A stretch of DNA of 60,182 nucleotides from Thermoanaerobaculia bacterium (lineage in GTDB: Bacteria; Acidobacteriota; Thermoanaerobaculia; Multivoradales; UBA5704): assembly GCA_044226625.1 (NCBI GenBank), contig JBGAGQ010000037.1, positions 1 to 60,182 of the forward strand, given 5' to 3'. Within the stretch, counting starts at the first letter, position 1, and every line of letters begins with the position of its first letter. Below, piece by piece: positions 1-8,592 of this stretch. The notes beneath the pieces are model-generated. The model did no database searches. It had not been told where the DNA came from and saw only the letters and a program-made list of their open reading frames with translations. The position numbers and the translations under genes were made by a program.

Positions 1-413
1 TCTTCCTGCTGATCCAGCGCGAGGGGAGCGTCCACTGGTTCAGCGGGTTGATGACCGGCTGGATCGCCTGGGTCTTTCGCGGCCCGCTCCTGGTCGTTTC
101 CGTCGCCGCCGCGGGCCTCGATCCCAAACCCTACTGGGGCATGTCGTTCCGCTGGTGGATCCTCTACTCGACCTGCGGCTTGGTGCTCGGAATTCTGGCG
201 CGCCCCGCAGAGCCCCGGCCCGATCCTTCCGCGGAGCGCGCCGAAGCGCCTGAGACGATGAGACCGGTGGGACCCGAACCGCCTGCGGTTCCCGCGCGGG
301 CGCCCGAACCGCCGCTCGGTTCGCTCGGAGAGCGGGAGACCCCGGTGCCCCCAGTAACCCCGGCAACTCCGCCCTCCGACGAGCCGCCGGGCACCGCGGG
401 GCCCGCCGCTTGA
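1..413 (+). CDS. Membrane protein, 3' part only (starts upstream of the window), Pro-rich C-terminal tail
   Basis: Frame open from base 3 (FLLIQREGSVHWFSGLMTGWIAWVFRGPLL...); hydrophobic segments; stop TGA overlaps the TTG start of the next gene. Confidence 0.6.
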   Translation, partial: FLLIQREGSVHWFSGLMTGWIAWVFRGPLLVVSVAAAGLDPKPYWGMSFRWWILYSTCGLVLGILARPAEPRPDPSAERAEAPETMRPVGPEPPAVPARAPEPPLGSLGERETPVPPVTPATPPSDEPPGTAGPAA

Positions 414-1471
414 GAGTCGCCGCCGTCGGCTCCGCGCTGCCGACCCACTTCTACGACCAGGCAACCCTGCTCTCGGCGCTCGAGAGGCGGTGGCAGGACC
501 GCCTGTTCAATCTCGACCGGCTGAAGCGGCTGCACGAAAACGTCCTGGTCGGCGGGCGGTACCTGGCCTTGCCGATCGAGGAATACGACCGGCTCGAGAC
601 CTGGGGCCAGGCGAACGACGCCTGGATCCGCGTCGCCCAAGAGGTCGGGGACCGGGCGATCCGCCGGGCGCTCGAACGCGCGGGGCTCGCCGCGACCGAC
701 GTCTCGGCTTTCTTCTTCACCACCGTTACGGGGGTCGCCACCCCGTCGATCGACGCGCGGCTGATCAACCGTCTGCGCATGTCGCCCCGGATCAAGAGGC
801 TGCCGATCTTCGGTCTCGGCTGCCTCGCGGGCGCCGCCGGGATCGCACGGGCGGCGGACTACGTGCGCGCCTATCCGGATCAGGTGGCGCTGCTGCTCTC
901 GGTCGAGCTCTGCTCGCTCACGCTCCAGAGCGAAGACCTGTCGATCCCGAACCTGATCGCCTCCGGCCTGTTCGGCGACGGCGCGGCGGCCGTCCTGGTC
1001 GCCGGAAGCGAGCGGACCGACCTCCCGGCCACGGCCGGCCCCGAGATCGTCGCGACCCGCTCGATCTTCTACCCCAATTCCGAGCGGGTGATGGGCTGGG
1101 ACATCTCGGAGACCGGCTTCAAGATCGTCCTCTCGGCCGACGTGCCGAAGGTCGTCGAAGAGCACATGCGGGAGGACGTCGACGCCTTCCTCGGGGACCA
1201 CGGCCTCACCCGCGCCGACATCGCGAGCTGGGTCTGCCACCCCGGGGGCCCGAAAGTGCTCGAAGCGATGCAGTCGACGCTCGACCTTCCCGAAGGCGCG
1301 CTCGACGTCACCTGGCGGAGCCTGCGCGAGGTGGGGAACCTTTCGTCGACCTCCGTCCTGATCGTCCTCGAAGAGACGATGGCGAACCACCGTCCGCCCC
1401 CGGGCTCCTGGGGACTCCTCACGGCGATGGGGCCGGGGTTCTGCTCGGAATTGGTTCTCTTGCGCTGGTAG
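410..1471 (+). CDS. Type III polyketide synthase (chalcone/stilbene synthase family, alkylresorcinol/alkylpyrone-synthase-like)
   Basis: Catalytic triad motifs GLGC, CHPGGPKVL, VGNLSS; LFGDGAAA; C-terminal AMGPGF; 353 aa. Confidence 0.95.
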   Translation: MRVAAVGSALPTHFYDQATLLSALERRWQDRLFNLDRLKRLHENVLVGGRYLALPIEEYDRLETWGQANDAWIRVAQEVGDRAIRRALERAGLAATDVSAFFFTTVTGVATPSIDARLINRLRMSPRIKRLPIFGLGCLAGAAGIARAADYVRAYPDQVALLLSVELCSLTLQSEDLSIPNLIASGLFGDGAAAVLVAGSERTDLPATAGPEIVATRSIFYPNSERVMGWDISETGFKIVLSADVPKVVEEHMREDVDAFLGDHGLTRADIASWVCHPGGPKVLEAMQSTLDLPEGALDVTWRSLREVGNLSSTSVLIVLEETMANHRPPPGSWGLLTAMGPGFCSELVLLRW

Positions 1472-1487
1472 GTCAGAGCGAGGCGTC

Positions 1488-1724
1488 ATGACCGACCTGC
1501 GGGACGAATTTCTGAGCGAGGAAGATCTGGACCTGCGGAATCTAACGGAGGCCGAGCTGAACGCGGTCTGGAACCTTTGGTTCAGGCAGGCCCAGGCGAC
1601 GAACGACCTCGACGCGGCGCTCTATTCGCACGGAGTGTTCGACCTCGACCCGGCGCCCAACCCCTCTTCCCGGCTTGGGGGGAGCGGAACCGTGCGCTCG
1701 GCGTATCGAGATCCCCGACGGTAA
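1488..1724 (+). CDS. Small acidic hypothetical protein (78 aa)
   Basis: ATG 16 nt after PKS stop with GAGG upstream; protein-like composition (DEFLSEEDLDLRNL...WNLWFRQAQATND). Confidence 0.6.
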   Translation: MTDLRDEFLSEEDLDLRNLTEAELNAVWNLWFRQAQATNDLDAALYSHGVFDLDPAPNPSSRLGGSGTVRSAYRDPRR

Positions 1725-1892
1725 TCGGGTGCAAGAGGCGCCCCTTCTGAAGCGAAATCGCTCCGCCCCTTCACCGTGCTCCCCTCCTGAAGACCGCGAT
1801 CGGCCGTCCGCAGATCGAAGAAATCGGTGGGGCGGTCGGCATTTCCCACGAGAGTAGGCGGGCGACCCTTGCTAGCGCCCGCCCCAAGGCGT

Positions 1893-1913
1893 CCCTCCCC
1901 CCGCTTGCGGGGG
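1893..1913. repeat. Truncated REP-like palindrome at the IS left junction
   Basis: CCCTCCCCCC-GCTTGC-GGGGG; the expected closing GAGGG is replaced by the IS end. Confidence 0.6.
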
Positions 1914-3310
1914 GGTACGGCCGGAGACATGGGTAACACTTCAGAACGGGGACATGGGTAACAGTCCTGGGAGCGGTTGATCGATGGATCCCGGTCCGCA
2001 AATGGGGCGGCGGCTCCGAAGGGAGCCCGGAGGGCGACCGAAGGGCCGCCGCGCGCGCTGCATTCCCGGGGATTAAAACAGTTTGCCCTCGGCCTCGTGA
2101 AATCGCGCCAGCTCGACGGCGCAGAAGTGCACCGCCCAGATCCGTTCGTCGACCTCTTCCAGGCCGATCCGCTCTCCTCGGAGGGTCTTGCTGACCAGGA
2201 CCTCCCGGCCGCGCCAGTAGATGAAGCCTTCCGATTGAACGCTGCGCACTTCGTAGTGCCCCGGGTACTCCGGCTCCGGCAGCTTCTCCGGGTAGGGCCG
2301 GCGGGATGGCTCGTACACACGGGCGGGCGGTTTCTGGTCTAACCCCTCGTGCGGTCTCTCTTCGTTGTAGCTGCGCCGGAACTCCTCGAAACGAGCCTGC
2401 TGCAATAGGCCGTTTCCCGCGGGCGGCCGCGCCGTCTCGGCTTTCAACGTCCGATGCATCCGCTCGTGACGGCCATTCTGCTCCGGGTGCCCCGGCGTGA
2501 TCCGCTCCGGGCGGATTCCAAGTCGCAGCCACCGCACTGAGAGGCGCGATAGGTGCCCCAGACCCGACGACGCGAAAGGGCTGCCGTTGTCCGTGCGAAT
2601 GCCCGACGGCAAGCCATACTCGCGGAAGAGCCGCTCGAACTGAGGCCACGTGACGGCCTCCTGAACCGAGCTCAACCCTTGAACCTTCAGCAAAAACCGG
2701 CTGGCCGCATCGACCACCGTCAAGGGATAGCACAGCCGATGATCCCCGGTGAGAAACTGGCCCTTGAAGTCGCTGGTCCACAGATCGTTGGGCGCCACCG
2801 GCTGGCTCAACGAGCCGAGCGCCGAGCCGACCTGCCGCAACGGTCTCCTGCGAACGGCGACCAGTCCATGACGCTTCAGAACATCGCCGATCGTGCTCGC
2901 GGCGGGCCACGAGATCTCGGGACGCCGGTCTTTCAAGTACGCCTGCAGCTTACGTGGTCCCCAGAACGGGTGCTTCCGTCTCAGAGCGACGATCGCAGCT
3001 TCCAGCTCTTCCGACGTGCGAGAAGGGCAGCTTTTCGGCCTCCGGGATCGGTCCCTCAGGTCGGAGAACTCCGCTTCCTCATACCGGTCAGACCACTTGT
3101 AGCCGGTTTCCGACTGATCCCGAATCGACGACACAGCTCGCTCATCGAGTAGAGACCGCTCGAAAACTCCAACAAAAATCGAGCTCTTTGTTGCATTTGA
3201 GTCGCCTCGGTCCAAGGCATTGAGGGCCTCCTCCAGCCCTCAATGCTCTCCCAGACGACTGTTACCTATGTCCCCGGTCTGAACTGTCACCCATGTCCCC
3301 GGTTTGTACC
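1914..3310 (-). mobile_element. IS481-family insertion sequence (~1.4 kb)
   Basis: Imperfect ~53-bp terminal inverted repeats starting GGTAC, each containing two copies of GG(G/A)GACAT(G/A)GGT(A/G)ACA; encloses a DDE transposase. Confidence 0.9.
2073..3220 (-). pseudogene. IS481-family transposase with a 1-nt frameshift near codon 38
   Basis: True start MPWTEATQMQQRARFLLEFSSGLYSMSELCRRFGISRK (ATG 3220, GGAGG SD) joins ETGYKW... in another frame at the A-run 3107-3109; rve core WTSDFKG, IRTDNGSPF, QNGRHERMHRTLK, YNEERPHEGL. Confidence 0.85.
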
Positions 3311-3312
3311 GG

Positions 3313-3367
3313 AGAGGGGCTGGGGGTGAGGGCTGAATAACCAGAGGGGCCGGGGGCGAGGGCTGAA
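3313..3367. repeat. Two tandem REP-like right-arm copies (25 bp, 30-bp period)
   Basis: AGAGGGGCTGGGGGTGAGGGCTGAA (3313-3337) and AGAGGGGCCGGGGGCGAGGGCTGAA (3343-3367), 2 mismatches. Confidence 0.75.
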
Positions 3368-3429
3368 CCATCGAGACGTCGCCCCTGGTTCGCGTCTTTT
3401 CTAGGGAACACTTCTGCCGAAAGGAGGCG

Positions 3430-3458
3430 TTGACTATGAGTCCACATGTAGCTACATT
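3430..3458 (+). promoter_or_regulatory. Sigma70-type promoter of the TA operon with overlapping palindromic operator
   Basis: TTGACT (3430-35), 17 bp, TACATT (3453-58); perfect palindrome ATGTAGCTACAT (3446-3457); ATG 7 nt downstream. Confidence 0.75.
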
Positions 3459-3465
3459 GCCGGAC

Positions 3466-3768
3466 ATGCGAGACGTAGGAATCCGCGAGTTGAAAGCGCA
3501 GCTGAGCCGGGTGGTCCGCGAAGTCGAGGAGGGAGAGACCGTGATCGTCACCGACCGTGGGCGGCCCATCGCCGAGATCCGGCCCGTCGCCGTGGCCCCG
3601 CCGGCCGAGGAGCACCCCGGCCTGCTCAAGATGGCGCGAGAGGGTCGGCTCCTGCTCCCCCAGGTGCGCAACCATCCGGGCCTCTACGCCCGCCGTCGAT
3701 CGCTCGGCCGAGCCCACCCGACCGTCCAGGAGCTGCTCGACGCCGGCCGCGAGGAGCGCCATGGATAG
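3466..3768 (+). CDS. Phd/YefM-family antitoxin
   Basis: MRDVGIRELKAQLSRVVREVEEGETVIVTDRGRPIAEIRP is a typical Phd N-terminus; overlaps the toxin start. Confidence 0.92.
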   Translation: MRDVGIRELKAQLSRVVREVEEGETVIVTDRGRPIAEIRPVAVAPPAEEHPGLLKMAREGRLLLPQVRNHPGLYARRRSLGRAHPTVQELLDAGREERHG

Positions 3769-4246
3769 CGACCCAAGTGCCGATCGACCGGACGAGTCCG
3801 CGCCCACCCTCTACGCCGAATCGAGCGCGATCCTGAACCTCCTGCTCGGCGAGCCGGGGAGCGACCGCGTGGCCGATGCGCTCGGCAAGGCCGGCCGCGT
3901 CGTGGTCTCCGAGCTCACGCTCGCCGAGACCCACCGCACGCTCCTCCGCGCTCGGGCCGTGGGCAAGCTCACCGACGCGGAGCTCGACCAGGCGCGCGCC
4001 GACCTCGAGCACGCCGGCCTCGGCTGGTCGCTCCAGCGGCTCGACGCCGAGACATACCTGCGCCTCCGCCGCCCGTTCCCCGCCGAGCCGATCCGCACCC
4101 TCGACGCCCTCCACCTCGCCGGCGCGCTCGCCGCGAAACGCGAAGTCCCGGAGCTCCGCCTGCTCAGCCTCGACGCCCGGATCCGCGACAACGCCCGCGA
4201 GCTCGGCTTCGCGGTCGAGCCGGAAGACGACCGATCGGCCGAATGA
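3761..4246 (+). CDS. vapC: VapC-family PIN-domain toxin
   Basis: LYAESSA, SELTLAET, IRTLDALHLA, LLSLDARI motifs; downstream of Phd antitoxin. Confidence 0.9.
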   Translation: MDSDPSADRPDESAPTLYAESSAILNLLLGEPGSDRVADALGKAGRVVVSELTLAETHRTLLRARAVGKLTDAELDQARADLEHAGLGWSLQRLDAETYLRLRRPFPAEPIRTLDALHLAGALAAKREVPELRLLSLDARIRDNARELGFAVEPEDDRSAE

Positions 4247-4250
4247 CTCC

Positions 4251-4778
4251 TCACGCCGGCGGCTGGATCCCCGCGTAGGCCGAGGCCGCGCGCAGAAGGT
4301 TCCAGACCGCTTCGGGTTCCCGCTCGAACGAGCGGTTGAACAGCTCCTCGGCTTTCGCGCGGTCGCCTTTCAGCATGTAGTAGCTGCCGATCTCGGCCAG
4401 CCAGTCGGCGTCCTTGGGATCCAGCTGGAGCACCTTGTCGAGAGCGCGCTTCGCTTTGTCCCATTCGCCGGCCTCCCAATAGATGCGGCCGGCGCGGATC
4501 CACTCGCCCCCCTCGGCTTTGGGGCCGGTGAACCTGTCGATCATCGCTTGGCCGGCCGCCTTGTTACCCGACAGGTAGATCACACGGGCGACGCCGAGGT
4601 TCTCCCAGGTGCCGTCCTCCGCCGCCTCTTGCGCCAGAGCGAGTAGCGCGGCGCTGGCATCCTTCGGCTGGGATCCGACGTAGAGGCTGGAGACGTTGGT
4701 CTTCTTCGCGGCGTAACCGACCGCCGCACCGAGCGCGAAGATCGAAACGAGGACGAGAGCTTGAGCTTTGCGGGTCAT
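4251..4778 (-). CDS. Exported TPR-repeat protein
   Basis: Signal peptide MTRKAQALVLVSIFALGAAVGYA; TPR-like WIRAGRIYWEAGEWDKAKRALDKVLQLDPKD; GGGGAG SD. Confidence 0.8.
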   Translation of the reverse strand: MTRKAQALVLVSIFALGAAVGYAAKKTNVSSLYVGSQPKDASAALLALAQEAAEDGTWENLGVARVIYLSGNKAAGQAMIDRFTGPKAEGGEWIRAGRIYWEAGEWDKAKRALDKVLQLDPKDADWLAEIGSYYMLKGDRAKAEELFNRSFEREPEAVWNLLRAASAYAGIQPPA

Positions 4779-4877
4779 GGCGATCTCCCCTGAACGGAAC
4801 GAGGTCAAAGAGTACCGATGAAATCTCTACAAATTTTACCGCACCTCCGCGCACGGGTCGCCGTGCTAGCCTCGGTC

Positions 4878-5831
4878 GTGCCCAAGCCGCCCCGACGTGC
4901 CGCTGTTCGCTGCGCCGGCCAGCTCCTTCCCCTCCTCTCTCTGATTTCTCTAGCCGCCGCGGGCTGCGCGTCGTTTACGCCGTACGCAACGATTCGCGCG
5001 TACTTGCCGCCTAGCGACCTTCTCTCGATCGACGGCCGAAGCGTCCACGTCGAGCAGCGCGGCGCGGGCGAGCCTCTGCTCCTGCTCCACGGCTTCGGCG
5101 AGTCGACCTACACGTGGCGCGAGGTGGTCCCGGCGCTCGCGGAGCGCTATCGGACGATCGCCGTCGACTTGAACGGGTTCGGCTACACCGAGCGGCCGAA
5201 GGAGCCCGCCGCCTATTCGCGCGACGGCCAGCTGCGGTTGATCGTGAGCGTGCTCGACGCGCTCGGGATCGATTCGGCGCACGTGGGGGGGCATTCCTAC
5301 GGCGGCGCGCTGTCGCTCGCGCTCGCCGCGCGGTTTCCCGATCGAGTCCGGTCGTTGATCCTGATCGACAGTGCGGCGCCGACCTATCCCGACGAGACGA
5401 AGAGCCGCCTCGCGCGCTCGCGCACCCTCTCGCGCCTCGCGCTCGGGATCGCGCTACGGCCGGGATCGATCCGGCGGAGCCTCGAACGGGCCTACTTCGA
5501 CGATTCGCTCGCCACGCTCGAAACCGCGCGGGCCTACGCCTCCCGGCTCGCGATCGAAGGGGTGCTCGATGCCTACGTCGGCCTGTCGCAGCCTCCCCCG
5601 TCGGCCGGACCGCCGATCGACCTCACCGCGATCGCGAAGCCGTCGCTCTGGATCTGGGGGGTCGAAGACCGCACGGTGAAGATCGAAGGCGGCCGCATCG
5701 CGGCGGCGAAGATGGCCGGCTCGAAGTTCGTCGCGATCGAGCGCAGCGGGCATTCGCCGATGGAAGAGAAGCCGGACCAAGTGGTGCGCGCGATGCTCGA
5801 CTTCCTCGACGACCCGACCGGCGCGCGCTGA
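4878..5831 (+). CDS. Alpha/beta-fold hydrolase, probable lipoprotein
   Basis: LLHGFG oxyanion motif, GHSYGG nucleophile elbow, WGVEDR, SGHSP; lipobox AAGC; start chosen from TGcTAGCCT 5 nt upstream of GTG. Confidence 0.88.
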   Translation: MPKPPRRAAVRCAGQLLPLLSLISLAAAGCASFTPYATIRAYLPPSDLLSIDGRSVHVEQRGAGEPLLLLHGFGESTYTWREVVPALAERYRTIAVDLNGFGYTERPKEPAAYSRDGQLRLIVSVLDALGIDSAHVGGHSYGGALSLALAARFPDRVRSLILIDSAAPTYPDETKSRLARSRTLSRLALGIALRPGSIRRSLERAYFDDSLATLETARAYASRLAIEGVLDAYVGLSQPPPSAGPPIDLTAIAKPSLWIWGVEDRTVKIEGGRIAAAKMAGSKFVAIERSGHSPMEEKPDQVVRAMLDFLDDPTGAR

Positions 5832-5860
5832 AGCCGGGTCCTCGCGTCCCGTGCGCGCCT

Positions 5861-7051
5861 TCAGCCGGCCGCCCGCAGCGCTTCGATCCGCGACACCCGG
5901 CTCTTGGGGCTGTCGAGGCTGAACGAACGGGCGTCTTCGGGGTCGTTTCGAACGTAGCTCTCGGTCGCCGCGACCGCCTGTTCGAGCGCGGCGTTGCGCG
6001 GGACGAACGAGGTCCAGGCGATCGAGGCGCGGTCGACGTCGTACTCCCAAAGCCCGACGATCCGCCCGCGGTCGACGATCGCGTGATTCGGTAGGTCGGC
6101 GAGGCCTCCGAGCGGCTTCGAGTCCTTCTCGACGAAGACGCTCCGTTCCTTGTCCTCGTCGGCGATCAGGCTCGTGAGGTTGCGGCGCAGCAGGAACAGC
6201 GCGTCGAGCCCGCTCACGAGCGAGTATCGCGGCTCCGTAGGTGGTTTGAAAGCGAGCAGCGCGTCGCGATCCTCGGGGAGCAGCAAGCGCTCGTCGCCGG
6301 GGCCGAGGGGAACGAGCTCGAGCAGCTCGACGGCGGACTTCGCCGCCTTGACGCCCAGCCCCGAGAACCCCTGGAACTGCGCGAGCGTCGCGGGGCCGAT
6401 CCAGCGGAAATAGTTCGCCGCGATCTCCACGTACGCCTCCTCCAGCGTCAGCCGATAGCCCGCGAGGGGGTTCGGGTTCCAGAGGGCGTAGCGGTATCTC
6501 TGTTGATCGAGCCGCCCGTCGGTCGGAATCCGGCGGATCTCCCCCTCGGCTTGGAGCTTGCCGAGCGCGAGCGGCAGCGTCGTCGTGAGGCCCTTCTTCT
6601 TCCCTTCGGCTCCGAGGCTCCGAACCGCCCCGCCGGCCGCCGCGCGCAGCTCGTCCGTCCCAAGGGGGCCACCGGCGAGAGCCGCCACGACGGCGGTCGC
6701 CAGGCGATCGATCTCCTCGTCGGTCACGCCGATCTTCCGCGCGACCTTCATCTCCTGATCGTGGCCGAACCCCTGCCCGACCTTGAGTGCCAACGCGAAC
6801 TCGGGCGCCGGGACGACGTACGTGCAGCCCCGAGCGGACGGAAGTTCATGGATCTCCAGCCGCGCGACCGCGGCATCCGCCGCCGCGCGGCCGATCCCCG
6901 CCCGCGCATGGAGCGTGAGATAAGGCCCCACCCCACCGACCGACCGCGCCCACCCGGTCTGGGCGAGAACCTCCAAAGCCGATGCGTTCTTGAGAGCACC
7001 GTCGAGGCCTTGCCGATGCCACCACCAAGCGCGGAGTTTCGAGTCGTCCAT
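5861..7051 (-). CDS. HTH_42 (AlkZ/YcaQ-like) winged-helix protein, putative DNA crosslink glycosylase family
   Basis: RAWWWHRQGL, PYLTLHAR, YFRWIGPATLAQFQGFSGL, AIVDRGRIVGLWE match the family layout; 396 aa. Confidence 0.7.
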   Translation of the reverse strand: MDDSKLRAWWWHRQGLDGALKNASALEVLAQTGWARSVGGVGPYLTLHARAGIGRAAADAAVARLEIHELPSARGCTYVVPAPEFALALKVGQGFGHDQEMKVARKIGVTDEEIDRLATAVVAALAGGPLGTDELRAAAGGAVRSLGAEGKKKGLTTTLPLALGKLQAEGEIRRIPTDGRLDQQRYRYALWNPNPLAGYRLTLEEAYVEIAANYFRWIGPATLAQFQGFSGLGVKAAKSAVELLELVPLGPGDERLLLPEDRDALLAFKPPTEPRYSLVSGLDALFLLRRNLTSLIADEDKERSVFVEKDSKPLGGLADLPNHAIVDRGRIVGLWEYDVDRASIAWTSFVPRNAALEQAVAATESYVRNDPEDARSFSLDSPKSRVSRIEALRAAG

Positions 7052-7209
7052 GGGTCGGGGTTCCTCCGGGGCGAAGGATAGCCCAAGCGTCCCGGGCGTC
7101 GGCGCCGCGAGGGGGAGCCCCGAACCGAGGTCAAGCCGCCCTAACCCATGAGTCGGCGACCCGGCGCGGGATCGCGGAGCCCCCTCTCCCCGCCAAGCCC
7201 TTCGAGATC

Positions 7210-7234
7210 GGGGGAGGAGAGCGACTCCTCCCCC
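7210..7234 (-). terminator. GC-rich hairpin just downstream of the peptide gene
   Basis: GGGGGAGGAG-agcga-CTCCTCCCCC, perfect 10-bp stem; no clear U-tract. Confidence 0.5.
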
Positions 7235-7243
7235 ACACCGCCG

Positions 7244-7468
7244 CTACGCGCAGCAGATTTGGACGGAGCCGGTGCAGGTGTACTGGCAGGTGAACTCGCA
7301 GGTCCCGTTGCACGACCGCTGGCAGGTGAGCCACCAGGAGACCGGAATGATCGTCGCGTCCGCGTCCGCTTCGATCTCTGTCCCACCGCGCGCCGCGGCC
7401 ATCTGGGGGTGAGTCAACGAACCGAGGGTCTCTTTCGCCAGGTGCAGTTTGCGACGCTTCTTCTCCAC
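7244..7468 (-). CDS. RiPP precursor peptide (lanthipeptide-like), 74 aa
   Basis: GAGGAG SD + GTG; leader KKRRKLHLAKETL...ARGG (LxLxKxxL plus double-Gly); core with five (S/T)C repeats at period 4 and 7 Cys. Confidence 0.85.
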   Translation of the reverse strand: MEKKRRKLHLAKETLGSLTHPQMAAARGGTEIEADADATIIPVSWWLTCQRSCNGTCEFTCQYTCTGSVQICCA

Positions 7469-7567
7469 GAGTCTCTCCTCTTCCAGATCACCGGGGACGG
7501 TCCCGAGATCGAACCTCTTGGATTGCGGGTGCCAGATGCTTCGAGACGAAGGAAAGTGGATGCTCGA

Positions 7568-7596
7568 AGTTTAGGTCGGCCGGCCGGCCGGGGCAA
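7568..7596 (-). promoter_or_regulatory. Putative sigma70 promoter of the RiPP precursor gene
   Basis: Minus strand TTGCCC, 17 bp, TAAACT, about 100 nt upstream of the start. Confidence 0.6.
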
Positions 7597-7701
7597 GCGT
7601 GGACTCCCGAGCCGGACCGGCTACAGTGGTGCACGTCTTTTCCAGCCGACAATCTGTGGCCTCTGCAGCACGGATCGAAGCGCGCCGTCGCTCCCGTTTC
7701 C

Positions 7702-8541
7702 CTACAGATCCACCCGCCGCAGCCTCCGCAGCGCCCACAGCGGCGGTCCGACAATCCAGAACAGGAGCGAGGCCCCGAGGCAGATTCCGGCGCCGAGGGG
7801 TCCGTGGGTGAACCGCAGCAGGGCGAGCGATCCGGCGCCGAAGGCGGCGGTTCCTTCGATTCCGAGCATCGTGCCGGTGCGCACTACGTCGACCGGGTTG
7901 GCGAGCACGGTCGCGATCAGGACGCGCGAGGCGGAGAACGACGGGAGGAGGGACGCCACTCCTAAGGCCACGACGTCGATCAGGACGACCGCCGCGAACC
8001 AGACGACGAGGGCCAGGGCGAGCGCCCGCGACCTCTTGCGGCCGACCGCCGAGGCGGAGAGCAGGGCGGCCAAGCCGAGGAACACGGCGGTGAGGGCCAG
8101 CGAGCCGAGGAAGAGCAGGACGAACCCGCCCCAGCCTTGCCCTCCCGACTGGGCGAAGATCACGAGACCGGCGGCGCCGAAGCCGAGCGCCTGGGCGGCG
8201 GCGAGCGCCTCGAACAACCCGAGCAGCTTGCCGAACAGCAGCATGCCGCGGCCGATCGGCTGCGAGAAGAGGAGCTCCGCGGCGCCGCGCTCGGGCGCGA
8301 GCGACGTCACGCCGATCAGGAGCGAGGTGAGCGGCACGAGGAGGAGCACCAGGCGGACCAGCGACGAGGAGGTCCGCGCGAAATCCTGCATGCCGCTCCC
8401 CCCCGAGAGGACGTAGCCGGACGCCGCGACCGCCAAGGACAGGGCGGCGAAGACGATCGCGAACACCTGGGTCCATCGCGAGCGGAGCGCGAGCGTCAGT
8501 TCCAGGCGCGCGAAGAGCCCTAAGGATCGGCGATCGAACAT
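7702..8541 (-). CDS. nosY: ABC transporter permease NosY
   Basis: Multi-TM; LLVPLTSLLIG, ERGAAELLFSQPI, LANPVDVVR; in nos cluster. Confidence 0.92.
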   Translation of the reverse strand: MFDRRSLGLFARLELTLALRSRWTQVFAIVFAALSLAVAASGYVLSGGSGMQDFARTSSSLVRLVLLLVPLTSLLIGVTSLAPERGAAELLFSQPIGRGMLLFGKLLGLFEALAAAQALGFGAAGLVIFAQSGGQGWGGFVLLFLGSLALTAVFLGLAALLSASAVGRKRSRALALALVVWFAAVVLIDVVALGVASLLPSFSASRVLIATVLANPVDVVRTGTMLGIEGTAAFGAGSLALLRFTHGPLGAGICLGASLLFWIVGPPLWALRRLRRVDL

Positions 8542-8592
8542 CGGAGCCCTGCCTTTCTCGTCTCGAGGCGTGGACGGCAATCGGTCCTCGCC

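Noticed and set aside
1914-1966. Repeated GGGACATGGGTAACA units as a mini-CRISPR
   Set aside because: Only two copies per site, inverted at the two IS ends, spacing too short, no cas genes; these are transposase-binding repeats
3785-3830. VapC inactive because the first acidic residue is Glu (YAESS)
   Set aside because: Conservative change; other acidic residues are intact and the operon has an intact promoter and operator
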